Virus record (IMG/VR): IMGVR_UViG_3300023184_000037
Location: 1-64,000 of that record
Strand: one strand, 5' to 3'
Origin: a virus
DNA: 64,000 bases
In this document: one piece after another, positions 8,918-18,684 of the stretch
Layout of the letters: every line of letters starts with the position of its first letter
How positions within the stretch are numbered: position 1 is the first letter of the stretch
Position numbers and translations under genes: made by a program
Notes under the pieces: model-generated
The model's database searches: none
What the model saw: the letters and a program-made list of their open reading frames with translations, nothing else
Told to the model about the DNA's origin: nothing

Positions 8918-10034
8918 TCTACAGTAATATAACATAGGGCACCTGTAGACCCTATAGGACCCTGCAAGCCCTGCACTACCAGTGAGCCCTACAGTCTCAG
9001 CAGTGCCCAGTGACCCTAGGGATCTGCAGCACCAGGAGCCCCCAGGGCGCAATTGCCCGGAAAATACTGGGCCGGGTCTACGATTTTTCAAAGGGCTCTA
9101 GGGGAACAGACCATGACTTCCTAACTAATATTGACCTATAAGAAAATGTGTTTCAAATAAGTGCACTAATTATCTCGGTCCGGGAATATGAGCCTCCGAG
9201 CATTGAGCCCTCCAATGGCTCTCCGATGGTCCTCAAATGGTGCCCAATGGTCCTATCCCGCTCCTCGAAGCGCTCAATGTTGCCCCTACCCAAAAAATTA
9301 CCCGGTTCCGGAGTGGCCAAAAAATACCAATCAGGACCGACAGAACAATAACCGTTACTAGAAACCCAAGGGGACTATAATTAATCAATAAGAGGGTACT
9401 CAATTCCCTATGGTTGGCTCAGATCCACCTGAGGGTACAGTGAAATACTTACAGAACCATGAAACAAGATGGTCCTACGACGGTATAAGAGACGTTCGGG
9501 TCTCAAAGGTGAAAGAGGGGGTGGCTCACCAATCTCTCACCTCTCTGATAGACTCGGAGCCTTAAGGCTCCTAAAAATTTCCAGTAGAAAAAAATAAATT
9601 GACCTCTATCCCATAGTCCCAAAGGGGGCGGGGTGGGGGCGTGCTGTAGGGTTCTACGGGTCTCTGTATATTATAGTATACAGAATGTTGAATTGGTATT
9701 GATATTGTACATTATAGTATACAGAATCATATAGAACCGTTATTAATAGAAGGGGACACACCCACTCTGATACCTTATATAGAGCGGTCAGTACTATGTG
9801 ACGTGTATAGGATGGACTGGTATTGGGAGTGCCTGATAGGCCTCTATAGGGCCGCCCAATGCGGGCTCAATGCACCTCAACTAACCTCAACGGGTCAATC
9901 ATTCTGGTGGATTTTTTTCATTTTTTCGTGATTGAAACCCAAATTTTCCCGCGCCAATAGGAGGGTGCACTTGGGTAGCGGATTGCAGAATAAAAAATTT
10001 TCACTTAACCCAAAGAAACTTCAAGTCTACCCTG

Positions 10035-10061
10035 AAACAAACCCAAAGTTCTCAATATAAA
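10035..10061 (+). promoter_or_regulatory. AAAC-N17-TATAAA promoter
   Basis: Upstream of the Cys-rich protein/clpC pair. Confidence 0.65.
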
Positions 10062-10078
10062 TCTAAAATAAATATACT

Positions 10079-10288
10079 ATGTGGAAAACTAAAGAAACTG
10101 AAGTCAAAGGCCGTAAGGTCGTATCGATGATTTGCCAAAACTCCGAATTGGAAAAGAGTAAATGGGCAGAATACGGGCCTGAAGAGGGACCATGTGAGAA
10201 CTGGACTGTTGTAGGAGCCGAGGCTACCGCATCACTTTGTCCTGAATGTGTTCAACGTTCCGTTAATATTCGTATTCCCAATCAGTAA
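10079..10288 (+). CDS. small Cys-rich, putative zinc-binding protein
   Basis: 69 aa with four Cys (ICQ, PCE, LCPEC). Confidence 0.65.
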   Translation: MWKTKETEVKGRKVVSMICQNSELEKSKWAEYGPEEGPCENWTVVGAEATASLCPECVQRSVNIRIPNQ

Positions 10289-10339
10289 CATGGATCCGCG
10301 CATATTATAATATTACCATAATAAATTAATCTACACAAT

Positions 10340-12310
10340 ATGACCAAGAAGACAAATACTCCTTTTATTGACCAATTCGGGGAGGACTTAACTAAACTAG
10401 CAATGGATGGGAAACTTGACCCTATCATCGGAAGAGAAAAGGAAGTATATAGAATATGCCAAATCCTTTCTCGTAGAAAGAAAAACAACCCAATTATTTT
10501 AGGGGATCCTGGTGTCGGTAAAACTGCCCTGGTTGAAGCAATTGCACAACGAATTGTCGAAAAGAAAGTTGCAATGACTCTTCTTAATAAACGTATAATC
10601 GCCCTGAATATTGCAAATGTGGTAGCAGGTACAAAATACCGTGGAGAATTCGAAGAGCGAATGAAAAACATTGTTGATGAACTTAAAGAAAACCCAGACG
10701 TTATTGTGTTTATTGATGAGATTCACACGATTGTAGGTGCTGGTGGTGTAAGTGGTTCATTAGACGCAAGTAATATCTTAAAGCCGGCATTGGCAAGAGG
10801 ACAAGTACAATGTATTGGTGCCACAACAATCGATGAGTATCGTGAAAATATTGAAACAGATGGGGCTCTTACCCGAAGATTCCAAGAAATCTTTATAGAC
10901 CCACCATCACTTGATGATGCAATTGAAATCTTAGATAGAATCAAACCGAACTACGAAGACTTCCATTCAGTATCATATACACCTGAGGCTATTAAAGCCT
11001 GTGTAATGTTATCTGACCGATATATTACTCAACGAGAATTACCGGACAAAGCAATCGATATTATGGACGAGGCTGGGGCAAAAGTTCACCTAAAAGAGGT
11101 TAAAATTCCGGAGATTATTAAAAAACTTGAAATCGAAGCCGATAGTTTAAAATCTCAAAAATTGAAAGCTGCTGACGCTACTGATTATGAAAAAGCCGGT
11201 AAATTTAGAGACCTTGAAATAGCTAAAAGAGAAGATATAACAAAAAGAACCAAACAATGGGAGGAGACGCTTAGACTAAATAAGAAAGCAGTAACTTATG
11301 AAGATATTGCTGAAGTAATTTCGGAATCTACTGGAATTCCTGTAACAAGAATGACCGATGACGAGAGCAGAATTGTTATTGATATGGAAAATGAATTAAA
11401 ATCTATGATTATAGGACAAGATACTGCGGTTGAAGGTCTATGTAGAGTTATTAAAAGAAGCCGAACTGGAGTAAGTTCATCTAAAAAACCTATTGGTTCA
11501 TTTATGTTTATCGGACCTACTGGAGTTGGTAAAACTGAAACTGTTAAAGCCCTTTCTGAATATTACTTTGGAAGCGAGGATTCTCTAATTAGAATCGACA
11601 TGTCAGAATACCAAGAAAAGTTTAATGTAAGTAGACTTATTGGTTCTCCTCCGGGATACGAAGGACATGAGGATGGTGGACAGTTAACTGAACAAGTTAG
11701 ACGTAAACCATATTCTGTAGTTCTATTTGATGAGGTTGAAAAAGCCCACCCAGATATTTTCAATATATTGTTACAAGTTTTAGATGAGGGACGTTTAACT
11801 GATACTCTTGGTAGAACTGTTGACTTTACAAATACTATCATTATTATGACTAGTAATGTTGGAGCAAAACGAGTTGCAGAATTCGGAGCTGGAATTGGAT
11901 TCTCAAGTTCAAGTTCTACTGCTACCCATAAAATGCAAATGGAAACAGTTATCCGAAAAGAACTTAAAAACAAATTCGCACCGGAATTCTTAAATAGACT
12001 TGACGAAATTGTATTGTTTGACGGACTAAAACAAGAAGATGTTGCTAAAATCGCCGAAATCGAAATCGAAAAGGTAATTGAGAGAATGGCCGAGCAGGAT
12101 TATGTTATTAAAGTTGCAAAAACTGCGATAGTATTTTTAGCAGAGCGTGGATATGATGCCCAATATGGAGCTAGACCTCTTAAAAGAGCAATTCAAACAT
12201 ACGTTGAAGACTTATTAGCAGATTGCATATTATCTAAAGAAGTCGTTAAAGGGAGTAAAACATACACAATATCCCATAAAAAAGGAGATGAGAAACTTTC
12301 TGTTAAATAA
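10340..12310 (+). CDS. clpC: ATP-dependent Clp protease ATP-binding subunit, ClpC type, lacking the N-terminal Clp-repeat domain
   Basis: Two AAA+ modules (GDPGVGKT/FIDEIH and GPTGVGKT/LFDEVEKAH), pore loops KYRG and PGYEG, short UVR-type M-domain (DYEKAGKFRD), ClpP-docking IGF loop. Confidence 0.92.
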   Translation: MTKKTNTPFIDQFGEDLTKLAMDGKLDPIIGREKEVYRICQILSRRKKNNPIILGDPGVGKTALVEAIAQRIVEKKVAMTLLNKRIIALNIANVVAGTKYRGEFEERMKNIVDELKENPDVIVFIDEIHTIVGAGGVSGSLDASNILKPALARGQVQCIGATTIDEYRENIETDGALTRRFQEIFIDPPSLDDAIEILDRIKPNYEDFHSVSYTPEAIKACVMLSDRYITQRELPDKAIDIMDEAGAKVHLKEVKIPEIIKKLEIEADSLKSQKLKAADATDYEKAGKFRDLEIAKREDITKRTKQWEETLRLNKKAVTYEDIAEVISESTGIPVTRMTDDESRIVIDMENELKSMIIGQDTAVEGLCRVIKRSRTGVSSSKKPIGSFMFIGPTGVGKTETVKALSEYYFGSEDSLIRIDMSEYQEKFNVSRLIGSPPGYEGHEDGGQLTEQVRRKPYSVVLFDEVEKAHPDIFNILLQVLDEGRLTDTLGRTVDFTNTIIIMTSNVGAKRVAEFGAGIGFSSSSSTATHKMQMETVIRKELKNKFAPEFLNRLDEIVLFDGLKQEDVAKIAEIEIEKVIERMAEQDYVIKVAKTAIVFLAERGYDAQYGARPLKRAIQTYVEDLLADCILSKEVVKGSKTYTISHKKGDEKLSVK

Positions 12311-12319
12311 TCATATAAT
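12293..12319 (+). promoter_or_regulatory. AAAC-N17-TATAAT promoter
   Basis: Exact spacing; upstream of the thymidylate-synthase-family gene. Confidence 0.65.
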
Positions 12320-12336
12320 ATAATAAAATTATAAAT

Positions 12337-13191
12337 ATGAAAACATTCTCACACCAATTTAAACACATTATTTCGGACATAAAAATTCACGGAGAGGTCT
12401 CTAAACCAAGAGACCTTGAAGTTACTGAATTACTATATGCAGGCTACCAAATTAATCCTAAAGAACCATTTGCTAATTTTACTAGTAGAGAGTTCAATTG
12501 GAAGTATTTTGCTGGTGAATTAGCATGGTACCTAAATAAAGATACTAATATTGATTACATTAATAAGTTTTCTGGATTCTGGAAAAACATAACAAATCCT
12601 GGAACAAACGAAATTAATTCAAATTACGGTTCTCTTCTTTTTGGAGAACAATTACAATGGGTTGTTAACTCTCTTAAAGCAGACAAGAACACTCGACAAG
12701 CAATTGCTTTCTTAAATCAGCCAAAATACCAGTTTGAAGGTAATAAAGATTTTGTATGTACTATGTACTTGAACTTTTCAATCAGGCACAACAAGCTAGA
12801 TATGAAAGTTCAAATGCGTTCTAATGATATATTCTATGGACTTACATTTGATGCTCCATTCTTTGCATTCGTTCACCAACATGTTTATCTTTGGTTAAAA
12901 TCAACCTATCCTGAATTAGAACTTGGAGTATACCATCATTATGCGGATAACATTCATTTTTACGAAAGACATTTTGAACTAGCCGAAAAAATTGTCAATG
13001 AGCCTCTTCATGAAAAACAATACTCAATGGAATTAATCGAACCACTTTTCAATATTGAAAATGGAATGATGCATTTGACTTCTCACGGAATTTCGATGAT
13101 AAATAATATAAATGATACGATAGATAACGTCCTGACTAAAGAAGCATATATTAGCATATTATCAGAATATCTTAATATAAGAGAGCTATGA
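12337..13191 (+). CDS. thymidylate synthase family protein, most like dCMP hydroxymethylase (T4 gp42 type)
   Basis: INSNYG, DFVCT (catalytic Cys), MRSND...GLTFD with Asp where ThyA has Asn, HFYERHF. Confidence 0.8.
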   Translation: MKTFSHQFKHIISDIKIHGEVSKPRDLEVTELLYAGYQINPKEPFANFTSREFNWKYFAGELAWYLNKDTNIDYINKFSGFWKNITNPGTNEINSNYGSLLFGEQLQWVVNSLKADKNTRQAIAFLNQPKYQFEGNKDFVCTMYLNFSIRHNKLDMKVQMRSNDIFYGLTFDAPFFAFVHQHVYLWLKSTYPELELGVYHHYADNIHFYERHFELAEKIVNEPLHEKQYSMELIEPLFNIENGMMHLTSHGISMINNINDTIDNVLTKEAYISILSEYLNIREL

Positions 13192-13493
13192 TTGAGTGCA
13201 TGAAAACCAAGCTAAACATACCGGAATTCTATATAAATCAAGGTGGATTTGATTCAATTACTAGTGACTGCGAATTTCACGACAGAATTGTAGATTTTAT
13301 TGAAACAAATATTGACAAAGAAAATGCAGAAACTTTGCTATGCTATTTTGTACATGAAACCGGAGATATACAATCTGCCGAACTTCCAAAGGGTTCGTAC
13401 AAGCAGTCAATATTAAAAAGCCTAGAATTTTACGTTAAAAACGAAAAGTACGAAAAGTGCAAGCAAATTAAAAACCTATTAAAGAAACTATAA
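13188..13493 (+). CDS. small protein with C-terminal UVR-like motif
   Basis: Ends SLEFYVKNEKYEKCKQIKNLLKKL; stop overlaps the clpP start. Confidence 0.7.
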   Translation: MIECMKTKLNIPEFYINQGGFDSITSDCEFHDRIVDFIETNIDKENAETLLCYFVHETGDIQSAELPKGSYKQSILKSLEFYVKNEKYEKCKQIKNLLKKL

Positions 13494-14179
13494 TGAATCA
13501 CGGGAAAGAATTCGAAAGATACGCAATGTTAGACAAGGGTGTAAGTTCAATGAACATGCACTACTATAAAAAACAAATCGAAAATTCAATGACTCCATAT
13601 ATCTTGGAAGAGAGAGAAATGAGAGCAACTCAATTGGACATTTTTTCGAGATTAATGATGGATAGATTATTATGGGTTGCAGGACCTGTTAATGACAATA
13701 TGTCAACTATAGTCCAAGCTCAATTAATGTTTTTAGATAGCACCGATGACCGAGATATAACAATGCACATTGATAGTCCTGGAGGTTCAGTAAAATCTGG
13801 ACTTTCTATGGTTGACGTTATGGAATGGATTAAATCCGATATTAGAACCGTAAACACTGGTATGGCGGCTTCGATGGGTTCAGTACTATTAGGAGCTGGA
13901 ACTAAAGGTAAAAGAAGTTCACTAAGACATTCAACAACAATGTTGCACCAATCTTCAGGAGGATTCAGTGGAAATATACAAGACGCTGAAATCGACTGGG
14001 CAGAATGGCAAAAAGTTAACAAAGAACTATTTAATTTATTAGGAGCATATTGCGATAAAAAACCAGAACAGGTTATGAAAGACGCGACGAGAGATTTATG
14101 GTTAAACGCAGAAGAGGCGCTTAGTTATGGTATCATCGACGAGATTATTAATCCTGGTAAATTAAAATCTAAAAAATAA
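13493..14179 (+). CDS. clpP: ATP-dependent Clp protease proteolytic subunit
   Basis: DSPGGSV, AASMGS (Ser), MLHQ (His), RDLW (Asp); N-terminus resembles Bacteroidota ClpP. Confidence 0.95.
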   Translation: MNHGKEFERYAMLDKGVSSMNMHYYKKQIENSMTPYILEEREMRATQLDIFSRLMMDRLLWVAGPVNDNMSTIVQAQLMFLDSTDDRDITMHIDSPGGSVKSGLSMVDVMEWIKSDIRTVNTGMAASMGSVLLGAGTKGKRSSLRHSTTMLHQSSGGFSGNIQDAEIDWAEWQKVNKELFNLLGAYCDKKPEQVMKDATRDLWLNAEEALSYGIIDEIINPGKLKSKK

Positions 14180-14377
14180 ATGAGAGTCCATATTTATGTA
14201 CACGCCGAAGAACTTGAATACTTAAACAAAATAATCAAAGGAAAGGTAGAAGCAGGAGAATACAAAGTTACGATATCTCCAATATACTTTAAAGATTCAT
14301 ACTTAATTGATATGCCCTATTCCGATTTTGTAAGATTAAACGATCAAAAAACATTTACTTCATTAATTTCATTATGA
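14180..14377 (+). CDS. hypothetical protein
   Basis: 65 aa, abuts clpP. Confidence 0.65.
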   Translation: MRVHIYVHAEELEYLNKIIKGKVEAGEYKVTISPIYFKDSYLIDMPYSDFVRLNDQKTFTSLISL

Positions 14378-14685
14378 CGAACAGAGAAAAACAAAGAGAA
14401 TTATTTGTTGAATTAATTAACCATCAACTTAAGGACCACGGCGTAACATACGAAGATGTTAAAACAAATCCATCGTGGTACGTGGAATATAAGACTACTC
14501 CAGAGAAGGAAGAGGCATTTATTAAATATGCTGTCGAAAGAATCAGAGAAGTCCTAAAAATTTCAAAAGCTGCCGCTGAAAAGGAGGCAAGTTGGTTTAT
14601 TCTACAATGGGGATTAACTACTATTAACCCTAGAAAAGCTCCAAATAGGGTACAAAGCGAAGTTACTAAAAGAACTAAGTCCTAG
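14374..14685 (+). CDS. hypothetical protein
   Basis: 103 aa, ATGA overlap with the previous gene. Confidence 0.7.
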   Translation: MTNREKQRELFVELINHQLKDHGVTYEDVKTNPSWYVEYKTTPEKEEAFIKYAVERIREVLKISKAAAEKEASWFILQWGLTTINPRKAPNRVQSEVTKRTKS

Positions 14686-14747
14686 ATTATAGTAATATAA
14701 AGCAAAAATGCCTATATAAATTTAATATGTAAAAGATACATATAGGT

Positions 14748-15449
14748 ATGAATGTCTTTGAACCGAATTGGCTAATGGAGCCACCTCATGATTATGAGCT
14801 AAAATATTACAAACTACTTGCAGCAATCGATAAAATTAAAAAAATGATTTCTGCTAATAGTTTGTATTCTGCTATTTTAGAGGTAGAAAATGAGCTTGAA
14901 AAACTCTACAATATCAAGTACGGAAAAGACGAAATTGAAAGTAAAACAAGAATAATTACCGGTATCGATGTTGATACATTGTCCCTAAAATATGAATACC
15001 CGGAAGAGAATGACGGAACTAGTTCTATCTACGATATTTGTGATATCGCAATTGATAAATTAGAAGACTTATACCGAATTATTAGAGATAAATGGAGATT
15101 GGTAGAATCTCAATGCATTATTACCGAAATCCCAGAGAAAAGACATCTTAATACTAAAGGGTACATTTTTTATATTGACCCTGCTAATCAAAAAATCCAC
15201 GTTTATTTTTATGTGGAGCCTTCATCATTTAAAATAAATTGGAGTGAATTTAATTTAAAAAAAGTCGAAGAGTTAGAAAATTCAGTTAAAGAAATTTCTA
15301 CATTTATCGACAAGGCTAAATTAGAAAGTACTTCTTACCGATTTTTTAGATTCGATACTAAATTTAAGACATCAACCCCACCCTACAATGACTGTATGCT
15401 TCCAATTATGAAAAGCATGTTGTTTAACCGGATCAAGCATGGTATCTAA
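14748..15449 (+). CDS. hypothetical protein
   Basis: 233 aa ORF; N-terminal WLMEPPHDYELKYYKLLA. Confidence 0.75.
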   Translation: MNVFEPNWLMEPPHDYELKYYKLLAAIDKIKKMISANSLYSAILEVENELEKLYNIKYGKDEIESKTRIITGIDVDTLSLKYEYPEENDGTSSIYDICDIAIDKLEDLYRIIRDKWRLVESQCIITEIPEKRHLNTKGYIFYIDPANQKIHVYFYVEPSSFKINWSEFNLKKVEELENSVKEISTFIDKAKLESTSYRFFRFDTKFKTSTPPYNDCMLPIMKSMLFNRIKHGI

Positions 15450-15456
15450 AATATAT

Positions 15457-15483
15457 AAACTAATCCTATTTTTTTAATATAAT
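15457..15483 (+). promoter_or_regulatory. AAAC-N17-TATAAT promoter
   Basis: Exact spacing; 4 nt before the ATG of the glycosyltransferase. Confidence 0.65.
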
Positions 15484-15487
15484 TAGT

Positions 15488-17338
15488 ATGAAAATTAGCA
15501 TAATTACCAGAGCGACACGTCTGCATAATTTACAGACTGTTAAAGAATCCGTGTTTAATAATGTTCCAGGCGGTTGCGAAATAATGTGGCACATTGTATT
15601 TGATACTGTCAATCTTAAAGATATCGATGCCGAATTACTATTTAATTTAAAAGATGACTCAACTGCATTTCACTTTGAAAAGGGAGAACCTGGAGGATTA
15701 CTATATCCCCAATGTTCTGAATTAATCTCAAAATTAGGAGAGAGTTGGGTTTACTTTTTAGATGATGATAACATTATGCATAAAGGATTTTATGAATATG
15801 TTTTAAAAACTTCAATATTAAATCCAGACAAAAAAGTCCATGTAGTTTCACAAAATGTTGCAGGAAAAGATTTCACTGGTTTAACTTATAGAAATGCTGC
15901 TCCTGAATTTATAAGGGTAGGAGGAGTAGACTTAGCCCAATTTATTATTAGTACCGAAGTATATAATAAATATGGATATAAATTCTTGCCGGATTATTGC
16001 GCAGATGGAATACTTATTAGTGCAATACATAACGAGCACCCAGAATGGTTTACATTTACCGGAAAAATATTTGCGCACTACAATTACTTACAAAAAAAAT
16101 CTACAGCAAAAGTTCCTAAAGTATTGTATATCGGTACCGACAAGCCTGAATTAAAATCACTTAAAATACTTAACTACGAGGACGATAGTCTTAATGTTAA
16201 ATATTTACAAAATGATTCTAATATTAAATCAATACTTGCCGAATTTCGACCTGATGTTATCATAACAAGAGGAGAATCTTGGCAAAACTTTCCAGAACTT
16301 GCAAGTACTTCACTTCAATTCCGTAGAAAATGGCTAAATATTAAAGAAGATGTTTCAGCAGAAGATGTTGGTCAAACAGCGTATCAATGCGCAATGGAAA
16401 GTTTATTGAACCCTGATGGATTAGAAGATAGTTCAATGATTTCATATTTCACTCCAATATATAATACTGGTGAAAAGCTTTTCAATACCTATCAATCACT
16501 GCTAGATCAGACTTACGACAATTGGGAATGGGTATTAGTAAATGATTCTACCGATGGCGGCAAAACATTAAAAATTGCAGAATCTATTGCGGCAAAAGAC
16601 CCTAGAGTACGTCTATACGATTTTAGAGAAAAAAGCGGTGGAAACATCGGTGAAGTTAAATGGAGATGTTGCACAATGGCAAAAGGATTTATTCTTGCTG
16701 AATTAGACCATGACGATTTATTGGTTCCATGGTGTACTGAAGACCTTTACAAAGCGGCTAAAAAACACCCAGAAGCCGGATTCTTTTTTAATGACACTGT
16801 TGAAGTTGACGAAAACTGGAATTCATTAACCTATGGAGAAGGATTTGCGCTAGGATACGGTAAATACCGAAAAGAAGAGTATGCTGGAAAAACAATGGAC
16901 GTTGCAACTCAACATAATATTAATCCTAAAACAATTAGACATATTGTTGGTGTACCGAATCACGTAAGAGCATGGAGACGTTGTACTTATTTTGAAATTG
17001 GAGGACATAATAGAAATCTTGTAATAGCCGACGATTATGAATTGGTTGTAAGAACTTTTTTGAAAACGATAACCTGTAAAATACCAAAACTGGGATATAT
17101 TCAATTCCTATACAACAATGCAATTGGACAGAATACCCACGATATGGCAAGAGCAGATATTCAAAGAAGGGTAAGAACAATAGGTTACTACTACAACGAA
17201 CAAATTAAAAAACGTTTTGAAGAGTTAGGATTAAAAGATTGGGCTTATGATGAAAATCCATGGGCACCTTTAAATACGGCCTCTAGATATGGAGAAGAGG
17301 AAATGGCAGCAAACATAATATATAACGAAAATGAATAA
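15488..17338 (+). CDS. glycosyltransferase with two GT-A (GT2-like) domains
   Basis: N-terminal ISIITR...YFLDDDN...ADG; C-terminal TPIYN...VLVNDSTD...ELDHDD...ADDYEL. Confidence 0.85.
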   Translation: MKISIITRATRLHNLQTVKESVFNNVPGGCEIMWHIVFDTVNLKDIDAELLFNLKDDSTAFHFEKGEPGGLLYPQCSELISKLGESWVYFLDDDNIMHKGFYEYVLKTSILNPDKKVHVVSQNVAGKDFTGLTYRNAAPEFIRVGGVDLAQFIISTEVYNKYGYKFLPDYCADGILISAIHNEHPEWFTFTGKIFAHYNYLQKKSTAKVPKVLYIGTDKPELKSLKILNYEDDSLNVKYLQNDSNIKSILAEFRPDVIITRGESWQNFPELASTSLQFRRKWLNIKEDVSAEDVGQTAYQCAMESLLNPDGLEDSSMISYFTPIYNTGEKLFNTYQSLLDQTYDNWEWVLVNDSTDGGKTLKIAESIAAKDPRVRLYDFREKSGGNIGEVKWRCCTMAKGFILAELDHDDLLVPWCTEDLYKAAKKHPEAGFFFNDTVEVDENWNSLTYGEGFALGYGKYRKEEYAGKTMDVATQHNINPKTIRHIVGVPNHVRAWRRCTYFEIGGHNRNLVIADDYELVVRTFLKTITCKIPKLGYIQFLYNNAIGQNTHDMARADIQRRVRTIGYYYNEQIKKRFEELGLKDWAYDENPWAPLNTASRYGEEEMAANIIYNENE

Positions 17339-17549
17339 CACTTACGTAAAAATCTGGGTACATAATAGAGAATCTGATTTAATGATGGATTTTTTATTAG
17401 AAAGAGTCGATACCCCACCAAACTACATTATTGACCATCATGAAGTGCCAAAATCTATCACCGGTGGATGGATTGAAATGAGTATCTCTTATGATAGGTA
17501 TCTTATGCTTCGACAATCGCATGACCATGTGGACACTACTCACATGTAA
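17331..17549 (+). CDS. hypothetical protein
   Basis: 72 aa, overlaps the previous stop. Confidence 0.65.
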   Translation: MNNTYVKIWVHNRESDLMMDFLLERVDTPPNYIIDHHEVPKSITGGWIEMSISYDRYLMLRQSHDHVDTTHM

Positions 17550-17574
17550 ACTTTTTTATTTTTTTGTGTATAAT
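17548..17574 (+). promoter_or_regulatory. AAAC-N17-TATAAT promoter
   Basis: Exact spacing. Confidence 0.65.
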
Positions 17575-17580
17575 TAGTAT

Positions 17581-17829
17581 ATGGCAAAAAGTATAAAAGA
17601 ACCTAAAATATATGTAGTTAAACCGAAAGTCGGTGAGAATTACTATTTTAAATTTGCAGGGAGTATCATGTATGGCGAATTAGTTTCCTTAAATGAAGCG
17701 TTAACTAAATTGCATGGAATTCCACATTATTGGATGAATGAAAAATCCGACAAGAGTGCAAAAAAATGCATATATCCGATATCAATTTATAAGATTTTTA
17801 AAGATTTAAACGACTCAAAGAATGTATAA
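17581..17829 (+). CDS. hypothetical protein
   Basis: 82 aa ORF after the promoter. Confidence 0.7.
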   Translation: MAKSIKEPKIYVVKPKVGENYYFKFAGSIMYGELVSLNEALTKLHGIPHYWMNEKSDKSAKKCIYPISIYKIFKDLNDSKNV

Positions 17830-18553
17830 CACTACCGAATTAAAGTCAATGTTATTTATTGACATTGAAACAACTTCAGAATATTCAACGTATGAAGAGT
17901 TTTGTGATAAAAGACCGGGAGCAGTAAAGCACTGGTCAAAAAAGGCAGAACAACACAGAAATACCGAATCACATTTAGAAAAACTTACCGATGCCGAAAT
18001 GTATACTCACATGGCAGCTCTTAGTCCAGAATTTAGCAAGGTTATTGTAATTTCTCTTGGGCAAATTAAATTCCAAGATAACTTTACAACATCAAAAATT
18101 CGTTCATTCTATACCGGAACCGAGAGAGAAATTCTTACAGAGTTTATGGGTACTGCTCAAGCTGTTTTTAATCAAAGCCCTGGCATCCAATTTGCTGGAC
18201 ATAATATTAAGAACTTTGATTTCCCATACTTGATAAAAAGAGCTATTGTAAATGGGGTTTCGATACCTCATCAATTCCATTTACAAAAGAAAAAACCATG
18301 GGAAAACTGTCTTGTAGATACCTATGAAATTTGGAAATTTGCAGGTTGGAATAGTGCATCTCTAGACTTGATTTGCGATACTCTTAATATCCCATCTCCT
18401 AAAACTATAATGGAGGCGAGCAGTACTACTGAAGAGTATTGGAATGGTAATATTGAGAAGATAAAAACATATTGTGAAGGAGACGTTAAAGCAACTATGA
18501 ACGTAATGCTTAAAATAAGTGGAATGGATATGGTTGATGAAGTACCATTTTAA
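17822..18553 (+). CDS. 3'-5' exonuclease, DEDD/PolB-exonuclease-like
   Basis: ExoI FIDIET, ExoII GHNIKNFDFPY, ExoIII YCEGDV. Confidence 0.88.
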   Translation: MYNTTELKSMLFIDIETTSEYSTYEEFCDKRPGAVKHWSKKAEQHRNTESHLEKLTDAEMYTHMAALSPEFSKVIVISLGQIKFQDNFTTSKIRSFYTGTEREILTEFMGTAQAVFNQSPGIQFAGHNIKNFDFPYLIKRAIVNGVSIPHQFHLQKKKPWENCLVDTYEIWKFAGWNSASLDLICDTLNIPSPKTIMEASSTTEEYWNGNIEKIKTYCEGDVKATMNVMLKISGMDMVDEVPF

Positions 18554-18564
18554 ATTTAAAGTAT

Positions 18565-18684
18565 ATGATATCAGGTACAAGTTACACAGAAAATGAATTA
18601 GGAGACCCTCCTAAAAAAGAGGTTAAAAACTCATTTTTTGAACTATTAGAAAAATTGTTTAAAAAATTGTTAATAACTTTTTAG
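18565..18684 (+). CDS. possible 39 aa protein (MISGTSYTENELGD...)
   Basis: Read manually; its end overlaps a promoter box. Confidence 0.35.
   Translation: MISGTSYTENELGDPPKKEVKNSFFELLEKLFKKLLITF

Noticed and set aside
8615-8920. CRISPR array
   Set aside because: The conserved unit is only 5-12 nt with 4-8 nt linkers; there are no 25-45 nt repeats with unique spacers and no cas genes
8891-9351. Track ORFs 8891..9091 (-) and 9148..9351 (+)
   Set aside because: Atypical composition inside the repeat-rich non-coding block; no recognisable motifs
2995-10030. tRNA genes or known ribozymes in the intergenic blocks
   Set aside because: No cloverleaf with T-loop GTTCRA and no hammerhead core recognised by eye; tRNAscan-SE and Infernal would be needed to exclude them
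10340-12310. ClpB disaggregase, or a frameshift-truncated ClpC
   Set aside because: The M-domain is short and an IGF loop is present, which argues against ClpB; the upstream sequence encodes a separate Cys-rich ORF with no Clp-N repeat remnants
12337-13191. Canonical thyA
   Set aside because: Lacks the PCH and PFN motifs; matches the gp42-type DFxCT/MRSND/Asp pattern instead
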